From contig JANVYQ010000002.1 in assembly GCA_030059675.1 (NCBI GenBank), positions 96,001 through 160,000 on the forward strand: 64,000 nucleotides of DNA. The letters are read 5' to 3'. The notes below the pieces were generated by a model. It saw nothing but the letters and a program-made list of their open reading frames with translations, ran no database searches and was not told where the DNA came from. Numbering within the stretch: the first letter of the stretch is position 1; every line of letters begins with the position of its first letter. Shown here piece after piece: positions 1 to 8,954 of this stretch. The translations under genes were made by a program, and so were the position numbers. The DNA is from Candidatus Pelearchaeum maunauluense. Lineage in GTDB: Archaea > Thermoproteota > Nitrososphaeria_A > Caldarchaeales > Caldarchaeaceae.

Positions 1-218
1 AAGCCTACCATCAAGCCCGAAGTTCGCAAAACCATCAAACATCCTACACTACTACTCCATTACCTCTGCAAGAAAGTGCAACACGACACTAGTCGCGCCA
101 GCACCGTTGCAGACAAGACTAGCGGGTATGCGCATTATATAACTGTATGCCGCGATTGTTGAGAAAACTCGGTAATGCTACGCTTATTAGACTCTATCAC
201 CAGCTCTAAAGTAGCCGT

Positions 219-1007
219 ATGAAACGCAGTATCTCTCAAATGCTGGTGCTGGCTGGGCTGCTCTTCATGGTGATCATAGCGTATGCTTCTCAGCCAGCCC
301 AGGCACAGGAGCCAGAGGAGCTGACCACATACATCGTGCAGCTCGCCGATGACGGCTCAGCAAGGTGGATTGTAGAATACCGCTTCCTGATAGCGTCTGA
401 GGAGGATGAGCAGGGCTTTATGGAATACGTCAAGACGCTTGGGCAGGACGACGAGGAGATACGCTCCCGCTTCCTAGAGTGGGCTACGGAAATCGTATCC
501 GAGGCCGCGAAGCTGACGGGCAGGGAAATGAGCGTGGAGAACCTAAGCGTGAAGGTGGAACTAGCGGAGACCATCACGGGGAAATTCGGCGTAATTCGTA
601 TAACATTCCTGTGGAAGGGCTTTGCAGAGTGGGTGGATAGGGAGCTTAGGGTTGGCGACGTCTTTGAAGGCGGCCTCTACCTCTTTGAGGGAGATGTATT
701 CACGGTAAGAGCGCCCAGCGGCTTCACGCTGGCTGAAGCATATCCAGAGCCCGATAAGCTCAGCGGCAGCGAGGCCAGCTGGTCTGGAAAGAGGGTCTTC
801 TCGCCTAACGAGCCTAGAGTCATAGCTACACCAATCATCGGCGAGCCTACCACAACCACGCAGACAACAACGGCGGGAGAAACCCAGCCCCAGGCTGCTC
901 CGATGATAACAGACACTAGCCTCCTCACAATACTCGCCGTCTTGGCGATAGTGGTGCTATTCGGGGTCCTAGCAATAGCGGTAAGCAAGAGGCACGGCAG
1001 GCTATAG
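219..1007 (+). CDS. Secreted/membrane-anchored sensor-like protein (extracellular domain, Thr-rich linker, C-terminal TM); N-terminal part of a membrane-bound wHTH regulator
   Basis: Signal peptide, PTTTTQTTT linker, C-terminal TM; in frame with a wHTH beyond TAG 1005-1007. Confidence 0.75.
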   Translation: MKRSISQMLVLAGLLFMVIIAYASQPAQAQEPEELTTYIVQLADDGSARWIVEYRFLIASEEDEQGFMEYVKTLGQDDEEIRSRFLEWATEIVSEAAKLTGREMSVENLSVKVELAETITGKFGVIRITFLWKGFAEWVDRELRVGDVFEGGLYLFEGDVFTVRAPSGFTLAEAYPEPDKLSGSEASWSGKRVFSPNEPRVIATPIIGEPTTTTQTTTAGETQPQAAPMITDTSLLTILAVLAIVVLFGVLAIAVSKRHGRL

Positions 1008-1025
1008 CAGCGGTCAACAGACCTG

Positions 1026-1205
1026 ATGACGGTTATAGAGATAATCAAACGGCATGGGGGAGAGGTTTTGCAGTCAACGATAGTTGCGGAGACGGGATTC
1101 TCAAAGGCCAAGGTGAGCACCATCCTGAAGGAGATGGAGGAGATGGGCTACATAGTGCGCGAGCGCATGGGGCGGGAGAATATAGTACGCCTTCTACGGG
1201 AATAA
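1026..1205 (+). CDS. Winged helix-turn-helix domain (59 aa), in frame with the upstream ORF
   Basis: Manual translation MTVIEIIKRHGGEVLQSTIVAETGFSKAKVSTILKEMEEMGYIVRERMGRENIVRLLRE*. Confidence 0.75.
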   Translation: MTVIEIIKRHGGEVLQSTIVAETGFSKAKVSTILKEMEEMGYIVRERMGRENIVRLLRE

Positions 1206-1213
1206 ACCGAAAT

Positions 1214-1277
1214 GAACCTTTAGAAACTTATGAGAACATTTTTCTGGATTTTCCGTTCTAGAAACCTATTTGAGAAC
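1214..1277 (+). promoter_or_regulatory. Direct repeats, candidate operator
   Basis: TAGAAACTTATGAGAAC (1221-1237) and TAGAAACCTATTTGAGAAC (1259-1277) upstream of ATG 1300. Confidence 0.4.
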
Positions 1278-1299
1278 CGCTCCGCCAGCTCTACTAGGC

Positions 1300-2775
1300 A
1301 TGTATCGGAATGTCGCCGCGTTATTGTTTGTTGCCGCGTTGTTGCTTACTCCCGTAGGGGCTGCGGTTAAGCCAGCCCAGGGAGACGCGCAAGACGAGCT
1401 GGAGCGCCTGCCGCTGGGCATGGAGATACCAACACGCCTTAAAGAACTGATACAGGAACATAGGGGCAGGATAGAGGGCTTCATCATGGAAGTAAGGCTT
1501 CTACAGCTTGACACCCAGGAGAAGCGTTTAGCGTTGTTGGAGGAGTTTCATGACAAGCTTTGGCAGAGGCTTGAGGAGATAGCGCAGGAGCGTGAAGAGC
1601 TGCTTAGGCAGCTCCGCGAGGGGGAGATAACGCCCAGGGACTTCGCGGCGCGTATGAGGCTGCTCCACGCATCCTTAGCTGCGCTGGGCGAGGAGGGGCG
1701 AAGGCTGGGTGAGAGGCTTGGAAAGCTGGGCCGCGAGCTTGCTGGAGAGCTGAGAGACAGGGCTGAACGGCTGGTGGAGTCCAACAAGCTCTTCGCCGAG
1801 GAGATGCGCGAATTCGGGAGGCGTGTAGCAGAAGAAGCGTCGCAGAGAGCCCTGGAACTTAGGATGAACCTCACACGCGAATGTGAGGCGGCCAAAAACC
1901 TCAAGGAGAGACTAGCCAACCTGCTGTCCAGGCTCAGAGACATGCGTCAGCAGCTAGATGATCGGATACAGATGCTTGAGCGCCGTCTGTCCACGCTTAA
2001 CGTTAATGCAAGTCGGCTTGCTGATACGGTGGAGCGGCTTAGGGATGAGCTGGCGCAGCTGAGGCAGGAGAGGCAGAGCTTGGAGGAGAGGTTGGCTGAG
2101 CTTGGCAGGAGTAGGGCTGCCCTGGAGTCTGAGATAAACTCTCTCAGGGAGCAGCTTGCTTCGCTTCGCGAAACGCTGAGCCAGAGGCAGCGGGAGCTGA
2201 GCGGCCTAGAGAATGAGCTGGCCAGCGTGGAGTCTGAGCTTGAAGCACTCAACCAGGAGAGGCGCGGCTTAGAGGATGAGAGGGCAAGCCTCCAGGAGGA
2301 GATGGCATCCCTACCACCGCAGGCTAAGAAGAGGCTTGAGGAGATTCAGGCCAGGCTGAGCCAGATTAGCGAGAGGCTGGCGCAGATTGAGAGGATGGTA
2401 AGCGAGCTCACCAACAGGCGCGCAGATATATCAGAGCAGATAAACCAGGCGCGCCGGAACATAGCGCAGGCCCAGCAGAGGATAGCCGAGATAGAGGCTG
2501 CACTTAACGAGAAGACAAAAGCCATGGAGGCGTTGGTCAGCGAGGAGAGGGAGCTAAGCGATAGGATGCGCTCCATCGCTGGGAAGATTAGCCAGGTCGA
2601 GAGAGGGCTGGAGAGAGATGAGAGAGCAGTAAGCTTCTTCAAGAAGCATATCGCCACTATTGAGAGCGCGCTTAGCAGAGCTATGCAAGAGGCGGGCCGT
2701 ATTGAGGAGCTGATGTCGCAGCCTCAGGAGCAGATTAGCCGCGCCGAGCAGAGGATTGAGGAGCTGTGCAGCTAG
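1300..2775 (+). CDS. Secreted long coiled-coil protein
   Basis: Signal peptide after ATG 1300, ~300 aa of heptad repeats, only two Cys. Confidence 0.8.
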   Translation: MYRNVAALLFVAALLLTPVGAAVKPAQGDAQDELERLPLGMEIPTRLKELIQEHRGRIEGFIMEVRLLQLDTQEKRLALLEEFHDKLWQRLEEIAQEREELLRQLREGEITPRDFAARMRLLHASLAALGEEGRRLGERLGKLGRELAGELRDRAERLVESNKLFAEEMREFGRRVAEEASQRALELRMNLTRECEAAKNLKERLANLLSRLRDMRQQLDDRIQMLERRLSTLNVNASRLADTVERLRDELAQLRQERQSLEERLAELGRSRAALESEINSLREQLASLRETLSQRQRELSGLENELASVESELEALNQERRGLEDERASLQEEMASLPPQAKKRLEEIQARLSQISERLAQIERMVSELTNRRADISEQINQARRNIAQAQQRIAEIEAALNEKTKAMEALVSEERELSDRMRSIAGKISQVERGLERDERAVSFFKKHIATIESALSRAMQEAGRIEELMSQPQEQISRAEQRIEELCS

Positions 2776-3882
2776 ATGAGGGGCTGGAACTTCGGCGAAA
2801 AGCCGCTCCTAGTATTCTGGGAGACCACTAAAGCATGCCTACTCGCGTGCAGGCACTGCCGCGCCGAGGCCATAACGAGGCCGCTGCCCAACGAGCTCAA
2901 CGACGAGGAGTCGTTCAGACTGGTGGAGCAGGTGCACGTGTTCGGAAAAACATACCCAATACTCATATTCACTGGCGGAGACATGCTGATGAAGAGAAAC
3001 ATCTACGACCTAGCGGGGTATGCGCATGAGCTCGGCATCCCCACCGCGGCAGCCCCAAGCGTAACCGGGCTGCTCACGCGCGAGGCTTTGCTGGAGCTTA
3101 AGCGGCGTGGTGTTTCTATGGTTTCCTTCAGCTTGGACGGGGTGAGGGAGACGCATGACCGCATAAGGGGCGTGGCGGGGACGTGGGACGCTACGATGAT
3201 GGCGATAAGAACGGCGGCCGAGACAGGGATGGCGGTTCAGGTTAACACATGCGTTATGCGGCTCAACGTTAACGAGCTTCCCGATGTTTTCGCAGCGATA
3301 AAGAGGGCTGGGGCAAGCGTCTGGGAGGTCTTCTACCTCATCAAGGTCGGGAAGGGCGTCGGTATGGAGGAGCTTAGCAGCGTAGAATGCGAGGAGGTGG
3401 CGAACTTCCTATACGATGCTGCCATGTATGGGCTTAGGGTAAGGACTGTGGAAGCACCGTTCTTCAGGCGCGTGGTGAAGCAGAGGGGTGATGGAGCCAG
3501 CCCGCCCAACACGGGGCTGTATAGCATGCTCGTAAACAGGCTAAGACAGCTATGCGGAGAGCCAGAACGCGAGCCCGACGCCCCCATAACACCAACACGC
3601 GACGGGCATGGGATACTCTTCATAGGCCACGACGGCTCAATAACCCCTGGAGGATTCCTCCCAATACCGCGCGGAAACACGCGCACAACAACGCTAATGA
3701 AGACATACCGCGAGGACACGCTCTTCCAGCTCCTGAAGAATCCCGACAACTTCAAGGGAAGATGCGGCGTCTGCGAGTTTAGAGAGCTCTGCGGCGGCTC
3801 GCGGGCGCGTGCCTACGTAAAGTATCAAGACCCGTTGGAGGAGGATCCAGCCTGCCCGTACAAGCCAGCGGCAGGCGGGTAA
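2776..3882 (+). CDS. Radical SAM/SPASM protein (NirJ/AhbD-related, TIGR04053-like)
   Basis: CxxxCxxC (CLLACRHC), TGGD motif, C-terminal CxxCxxxxxCGGSRARA...EDPAC. Confidence 0.85.
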   Translation: MRGWNFGEKPLLVFWETTKACLLACRHCRAEAITRPLPNELNDEESFRLVEQVHVFGKTYPILIFTGGDMLMKRNIYDLAGYAHELGIPTAAAPSVTGLLTREALLELKRRGVSMVSFSLDGVRETHDRIRGVAGTWDATMMAIRTAAETGMAVQVNTCVMRLNVNELPDVFAAIKRAGASVWEVFYLIKVGKGVGMEELSSVECEEVANFLYDAAMYGLRVRTVEAPFFRRVVKQRGDGASPPNTGLYSMLVNRLRQLCGEPEREPDAPITPTRDGHGILFIGHDGSITPGGFLPIPRGNTRTTTLMKTYREDTLFQLLKNPDNFKGRCGVCEFRELCGGSRARAYVKYQDPLEEDPACPYKPAAGG

Positions 3883-3916
3883 AATTAATTTCCACACGCT
3901 TCACGCTATAATTCCC

Positions 3917-4240
3917 ATGGCGGAGCTTGTGATAGTTCTGGCAACATTCCCAGCGGAATATGACTGCGCAGCCCTAGCGCGCCGCCTGGTGGAGAAAGGG
4001 CTGGCCGCCTCGGTCAACATGATGAGAATAAGCTCCACATACCACTGGCGCGGCGAGGTTGTGGAGAGCGGCGAGACGCTTATGATTCTCAAGACAGAGC
4101 GCGGAGCCTATGAGAGGCTCAAGCAGGAGATTATACGCGAGCATCCATACGAGGTGCCGTTCATAGCGGCGCTCCAGCCGTTGGACGCGCATACACCATA
4201 CCTAGAGTGGGTATTTGAATCAACGACCAGGCGTCTATAG
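3917..4240 (+). CDS. cutA: Divalent-cation tolerance protein CutA
   Basis: SxYxWxG, LKT and HPYEVP motifs. Confidence 0.9.
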   Translation: MAELVIVLATFPAEYDCAALARRLVEKGLAASVNMMRISSTYHWRGEVVESGETLMILKTERGAYERLKQEIIREHPYEVPFIAALQPLDAHTPYLEWVFESTTRRL

Positions 4241-4639
4241 GTTATATGCCACAGCTTTTTTGGGTGTGAGCTTGATTATCACGGACTCGCCCTCCTCCAG
4301 GGGGGCGTAGCGCTCATACTGGCGGTACTTCCTATACAGCAGCTTACGCGCATACCTGAAGCCATCACCGCCATCAAGAAGCTCCGCATCGCATACCAGC
4401 ATAAGATGCTTGAGGCGGCTCCAGTTCTCGTAATAAGCGTCAACCAGCAGCGTCGCCCTAGGATTGGCTCTTAGGTTCTTAACCTTCTTGGAGTCGGCGC
4501 CTGTTCCCACGTATATCGCCTTACCATCATAGGCGTAGCAGATGGGGACTAGGTGTACCGAGCCGTCTTCCGCTATCGTTCCAAGCCGCGCAACACGCTG
4601 CCCGCGGAGAAAACGCGCATATGAGCGTTTCAGCTCCAT
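4235..4639 (-). CDS. Pyridoxamine 5'-phosphate oxidase-like (PPOX class, possibly F420-dependent) protein
   Basis: ARLGT...HLVP, KVKNLRANPR motifs. Confidence 0.85.
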   Translation of the reverse strand: MELKRSYARFLRGQRVARLGTIAEDGSVHLVPICYAYDGKAIYVGTGADSKKVKNLRANPRATLLVDAYYENWSRLKHLMLVCDAELLDGGDGFRYARKLLYRKYRQYERYAPLEEGESVIIKLTPKKAVAYNL

Positions 4640-4651
4640 ACAACACACCCC

Positions 4652-4711
4652 AAGGTCAGAGTGAGCTGGTTCTCTTCACCCAAATCCGAATGAGACAGAC
4701 TCATCATTCCA
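4652..4711 (-). ncRNA. C/D-box guide sRNA (dual guide, 23S rRNA domain V)
   Basis: Minus strand: ATGATGA (C)-GTCTGTCTCATT-CGGA (D')-GGTGAAGA (C')-GAACCAGCTCACT-CTGA (D). Confidence 0.8.
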
Positions 4712-4830
4712 GAGAACAAACAACCACAAGGCAGTAAATTAACGTTAATGCTGAAGCCCCGCGCAGGCCCTTAAACCATAAAACGGGTGTTCAGCTCTGG
4801 AATAGCCTTGTTATCGTTTTCTTCGCTCCC

Positions 4831-6296
4831 CTATATGCTGCCATGCTTATAGCCGCTCCTATGGCGGTTGTTATTAGTGTGGCTGCTTGTATTGGGAGCC
4901 ATTCTGGCTTTAGGGCTGCGTATACGTATAGCGGCGTCGCGGTTGCTGCAAGAGCCGGCCGCGGCTGTTATCATGGTTAGGAACATTCCGAGGGGTCTTA
5001 TGAAGCGCGCCCGCGGCGTTGTTGTGAAGTCTGGAAAACGGGAGCTGAAGTAGGTTCCTATCATCACGGTCTCAACCAGCGCTGTATAGCCTGCCACCAC
5101 CAGAGCCAGCGCAGAACCCCAGCTGGACACGACGGCTGGGATGGTTGCCGCCAGGATGAGCGCCATCGCTGGGGACGCAACTATAATCGTGGTGGCGGCC
5201 TTAGCTCTCACAATCTCACCTGGCCTTAGGGGGCTATGAGGAGGTTTAGGAACGACTCGCCCTCGCGGCCTATGGATGTTGCGGAGAGAAGTAATGCGAA
5301 GAGGAGCAGCCCCACGGTAGGCTGGAGGTAGAGAGCTAGCCTAGCCCTAGACGCTGTGAGGAACGGGATTATCGCCACCGCCGCTGGCACGGCTATAAAC
5401 GCGGCCATCTCACGCCGCCGAAGAAACGACTTAAGCTCCTTCCTGATTATAGCCGAATCACCTGGCGTGAAGCCCAGCTTCGTGAATATACTCGGCTTAG
5501 GCGTGTAGGATTTGCTTGTTATCCTTATCTCAGTCTCATGCACAGCCCAGTATCGTGTCCTAAGAGCCGTGCCGATGAGGAATCCTGAGAAGGCAAAGAG
5601 CGCTCCCAGGAATGTGAAGAGCATGCCACCAGCCAGGTCGGCCTCAAAATACCTTTCTATAGCTATTGAGAGCCATACAGGCGGTATGAACCAAACCAGG
5701 CCAACTATATCCATAATCCATTCAAGAGAGCTTATGAGGACTTGGAAGTTGAACATAACGACGAAGATGAAGATTACCATCGTGTTGAATAGCGTGGCCA
5801 GCGGTAGCGCGAGCCTCCCTTTCCGCCTGTAGATTCGCCTCGCCGCCCTAGAGGTTATGGAGAGTATTATCTCCACGATGAAGCTTCCCGCAGCCAGCGC
5901 TATTCCGAGGGCTGCGCCGAGAATTATGGAGAGGAGAGGCAGCACCGAGTAGGCAGAGGAGAGGGAGGACGCCACCACATACTCGGCTGGCGTTATGGGA
6001 AGCCAGTTAACGGCGTCGACCGAGGGTGTGTTGATGCTGCGGTTAATCTCAAACATTATCGTATAGACTACTGAGAGGAACATCAGAAGGAGCGGGAGCG
6101 CTACCAAGAGCTGGTATAAGGATTGCTGCGGCGGAGACTGGGAGGTTGCGCCTTATGTGGCTAGGGAGGAGCCTATGAAGAGGGTTATTGATAGCCTTAG
6201 GTTTAGACGCAGCCCCCTACCCAGTAGGCGCCTTACAAGGCTCTGGGACGAGGATGCTCTCAAAGAGGATAGTGCGAGAATCTGCGCAAGCCTCAT
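4831..6296 (-). pseudogene. ABC-type exporter permease, fragmented
   Basis: Hydrophobic ORF pieces 5226-6107 and 4831-5211 plus an upstream fragment; IIRKELKSFLR and GREG motifs; broken by stops/frameshifts. Confidence 0.7.
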
Positions 6297-6315
6297 CACA
6301 AGCCTTATGTTCAGC

Positions 6316-7081
6316 CTACCTCACCAACGCCTCTACAAGCTCCCTAACATCCTCCGAGCCTGTGAGCTTCAGGAAAACATCCTCCAACGTGCTGTTAGGA
6401 CTTTCGGAGAGCAGCTTAAGCTCCCCTGGGCTTCCCTCAGCTATTTTCACCCCCTCATACAGTATGGCTATCCTATCGCATATGGCTTCAGCTATCTCCA
6501 AGACATGCGTGCTTATGATTGTGGTTGTACCGTCTAGGGCTAGCTTGTGGAGCATCTCCTTAACTAGACGCGCTGATTTGGGGTCTAAGCCGCTCAGCGG
6601 CTCATCAAGTATTAGGACACGCGGCCTATGGAGAAAAGCAGCCATCAAGGCTATCTTCTGCTTCATCCCACGCGAGTAGCCTGCGAGTAGCTCACCCTCG
6701 CGGCCGCTTAACCCGAAGGCCTCAAGAAACTCAGCAACCCTAGAACGCCAAACAGAGGGGAGACACCATAGGCCTCTCTGATGAAGTCCAGATACTCGGC
6801 TGCCGTAAGGTATTCGTAAAGCCTGGGCGTCTCTGGACGTAGCCTACTATGCGCTTAACCCCGACAGGGTTCTGCGATGGGTCTATCCCATGAACCGAGA
6901 CCATGCCGCTATCTGGCTTAAGAAGCCCCAACATCATGCGCATCGTCGTAGACTTAACAGAGCCGTTAGGCCCTAGGAGGCCGAAGATAGACCCTCCCTG
7001 GATGGTGAGTGAAAGTCCCCTTACTGCCCACACCTCGTCAAACCTCTTGGAGACGTTCTCCAGGATTACGGCGTTGGTCAT
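6316..7081 (-). pseudogene. ABC transporter ATP-binding protein, frameshifted
   Basis: Degenerate Walker A (GPNGSVKSTT) in 6740-7081; Walker B LILDEPLSGLDP and H-loop in 6316-6666. Confidence 0.8.
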
Positions 7082-7122
7082 CTATTTGGTCTGCCTCTAG
7101 CTGCTAAGCGCGGCTTATGAAT

Positions 7123-8220
7123 CTAAACATTCTCAGCTTTGGTCTGGGCTTCAGGCTCTTCGCGCCTCTTCCCAGCTGCTGCGCGTCGCGCCTGCCTGCG
7201 GTAATACTGCATCGGGCTCTTAACATCGCCGCAGAGGCGGCCATTCTCTATACAGAGCCCATGAGTCTGCAACGTGGCGCAGCGCGGGACGGTGTATTTG
7301 GTCCTACTCCCGCGCTGGCCTGCTATATGCTCCACCTGATAACGGGCTATCCGCTCATCAAAATCACCGCGCTGGGAGTACATCTGGATAATCTCGTCTG
7401 TCGTCCATCCTATGTTGATTAGGAACGCAGCTATTGTGAAGTTTCCGAAGTGTGATACCGCCTCGCCAGCGAGTAGGCGTTGCTTGAGCGCCTGCATGCA
7501 TGGCGGCCATAGCTCTGGCGCTAGCCTCTCACCCAGCTTAACCTCGCGCCACCTACGGGTCTCAAGCAGCTGCTTAAGACGCTGGACATGCTCCTTCAGG
7601 AAGTCTGGGACGCCTAACCTACCGACAGCGCGAAGCCTCTCCTCTATATGCGTCTCAAGAGCGTTCTTGATGAGCGTTGCCATCTCTGGGCGTGTTAGGA
7701 GAACATAGCCGCGCTTGAGTGTTCTATTGACAAGCTTCCAGCGCGGCTCGTTGAGGCGCGTGGCGTGCTTTAGATAATCGGCAAAATGCATCTCAAACTC
7801 ATACGGCGGTTGGGCTAGCTTCACACGCATGCCGAGAACCTGCGTAGCCACGTAGTGGAGGATATCCCTGACGCTGCTCCTATCTATCTTCTCAAGTATC
7901 TTAGCGTATCGCTCAGCCTCCGATGCGGCGAAGCGCCTAATGGCGTAGTCATCCTCAAGCATGGCGACCAGCGCTATTGAGAGGGGGTAGGAGAATATCT
8001 CAACCTCAGAGGGAGAGGTGCTGCTCTCCTCCGCAGCCCTAATCCCATGAGCCAGAGAATCCTCAACCCTCTTAACAGCAACATCCACCAACGACCTCAT
8101 AGAAGGGTCGGCGAAATCCTCCAGCTTAATCCCGAAAGAACCCACATACTCGCGTATCTGCTGCAAGAAGGGGAACTCCATCATCAGCCGCTCTATGAAG
8201 TATGGGTCGCTGACCGTCAA
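7123..8220 (-). CDS. priL: DNA primase large subunit PriL
   Basis: WKLVNR, PPCM, YQVEHI, C-terminal Fe-S Cys; start estimated at TTG ~8220 (ORF open to 8307). Confidence 0.9.
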   Translation of the reverse strand: MTVSDPYFIERLMMEFPFLQQIREYVGSFGIKLEDFADPSMRSLVDVAVKRVEDSLAHGIRAAEESSTSPSEVEIFSYPLSIALVAMLEDDYAIRRFAASEAERYAKILEKIDRSSVRDILHYVATQVLGMRVKLAQPPYEFEMHFADYLKHATRLNEPRWKLVNRTLKRGYVLLTRPEMATLIKNALETHIEERLRAVGRLGVPDFLKEHVQRLKQLLETRRWREVKLGERLAPELWPPCMQALKQRLLAGEAVSHFGNFTIAAFLINIGWTTDEIIQMYSQRGDFDERIARYQVEHIAGQRGSRTKYTVPRCATLQTHGLCIENGRLCGDVKSPMQYYRRQARRAAAGKRREEPEAQTKAENV

Positions 8221-8381
8221 GGACCCTTGCCGCCATATATGTTGTGCCCGCCAGCTATATAAAGCGCTCCTACAATAACCAAGCAGAAAATATACAATTT
8301 TTGACAATTAGAGGTCTGAGAAAATAGTGTAAGATTGATGATGAGACAAAACCATACACCGTGGAGGGAAAGGGAGGTTCA

Positions 8382-8954
8382 TCAAATATCTGGCTTCTTT
8401 CCACCCTGTTTTGCTATGCTCTCCATAATCTCCCGCGTGGTGGGGTTTCTAGATGCGTCGCGCATGAAGCGCTCAAGCTTTATGTTCTGTTCTTTCTGGA
8501 GCCTTGAGGCTTCCAGAGCCATCTCAAGCCTATCTAGAGCGTGGAGCAGCCGCGCCTCGCGGCTCCTGCCCTCGACATACTCCCTGTAAAGCTCCAGGTA
8601 TCTCCGCCTAACCCCATCGGGCAGCCCTGAGGTCAGTTCCCTCAATATGCCGCCCTCTATATTGTTGAGCATCTCCTTCCTCACTTTGTTTTTCTCGCGC
8701 GGCGTTAGGTCGTCTGTGAATGCTTCAGGCAGGTCGTGGAGTAGCGCCATGCGCATAGCTTTCTCCGCGTCCATGCCCAGGAGGTCTGCCGCCACCATGC
8801 TGAGCAGAGCTAGGGAATAGCCGTGGTCTGCGACCGACTCTGGGTTCTTAACACCAGCCTCAACCCAGCCGCTGCGCTTCACGCGCTTAAGCCCAAGCCC
8901 AGCCTCAAGCAGCTGTATGGCGCCGGAGAGCTTAGCTGAGCCTCGCCTTGCCAT
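8382..8954 (-). CDS. HD-domain 5'-deoxynucleotidase-like hydrolase (YfbR/HDDC2 family)
   Basis: LKRVKRSGW, ESVADH, ALLHDLPE, LDRLE. Confidence 0.85.
   Translation of the reverse strand: MARRGSAKLSGAIQLLEAGLGLKRVKRSGWVEAGVKNPESVADHGYSLALLSMVAADLLGMDAEKAMRMALLHDLPEAFTDDLTPREKNKVRKEMLNNIEGGILRELTSGLPDGVRRRYLELYREYVEGRSREARLLHALDRLEMALEASRLQKEQNIKLERFMRDASRNPTTREIMESIAKQGGKKPDI

Noticed and set aside
1300-2775. SMC/Rad50 assignment for the coiled-coil protein
   Set aside because: No Walker motifs, hinge or Zn-hook, and it has a signal peptide.
2776-3882. RiPP cluster around the radical SAM/SPASM gene or the SagB-like gene
   Set aside because: No adjacent precursor peptide, YcaO or PqqD/RRE gene recognised.
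8335-8390. TGATGA as a possible C box
   Set aside because: No properly spaced D' and D boxes.
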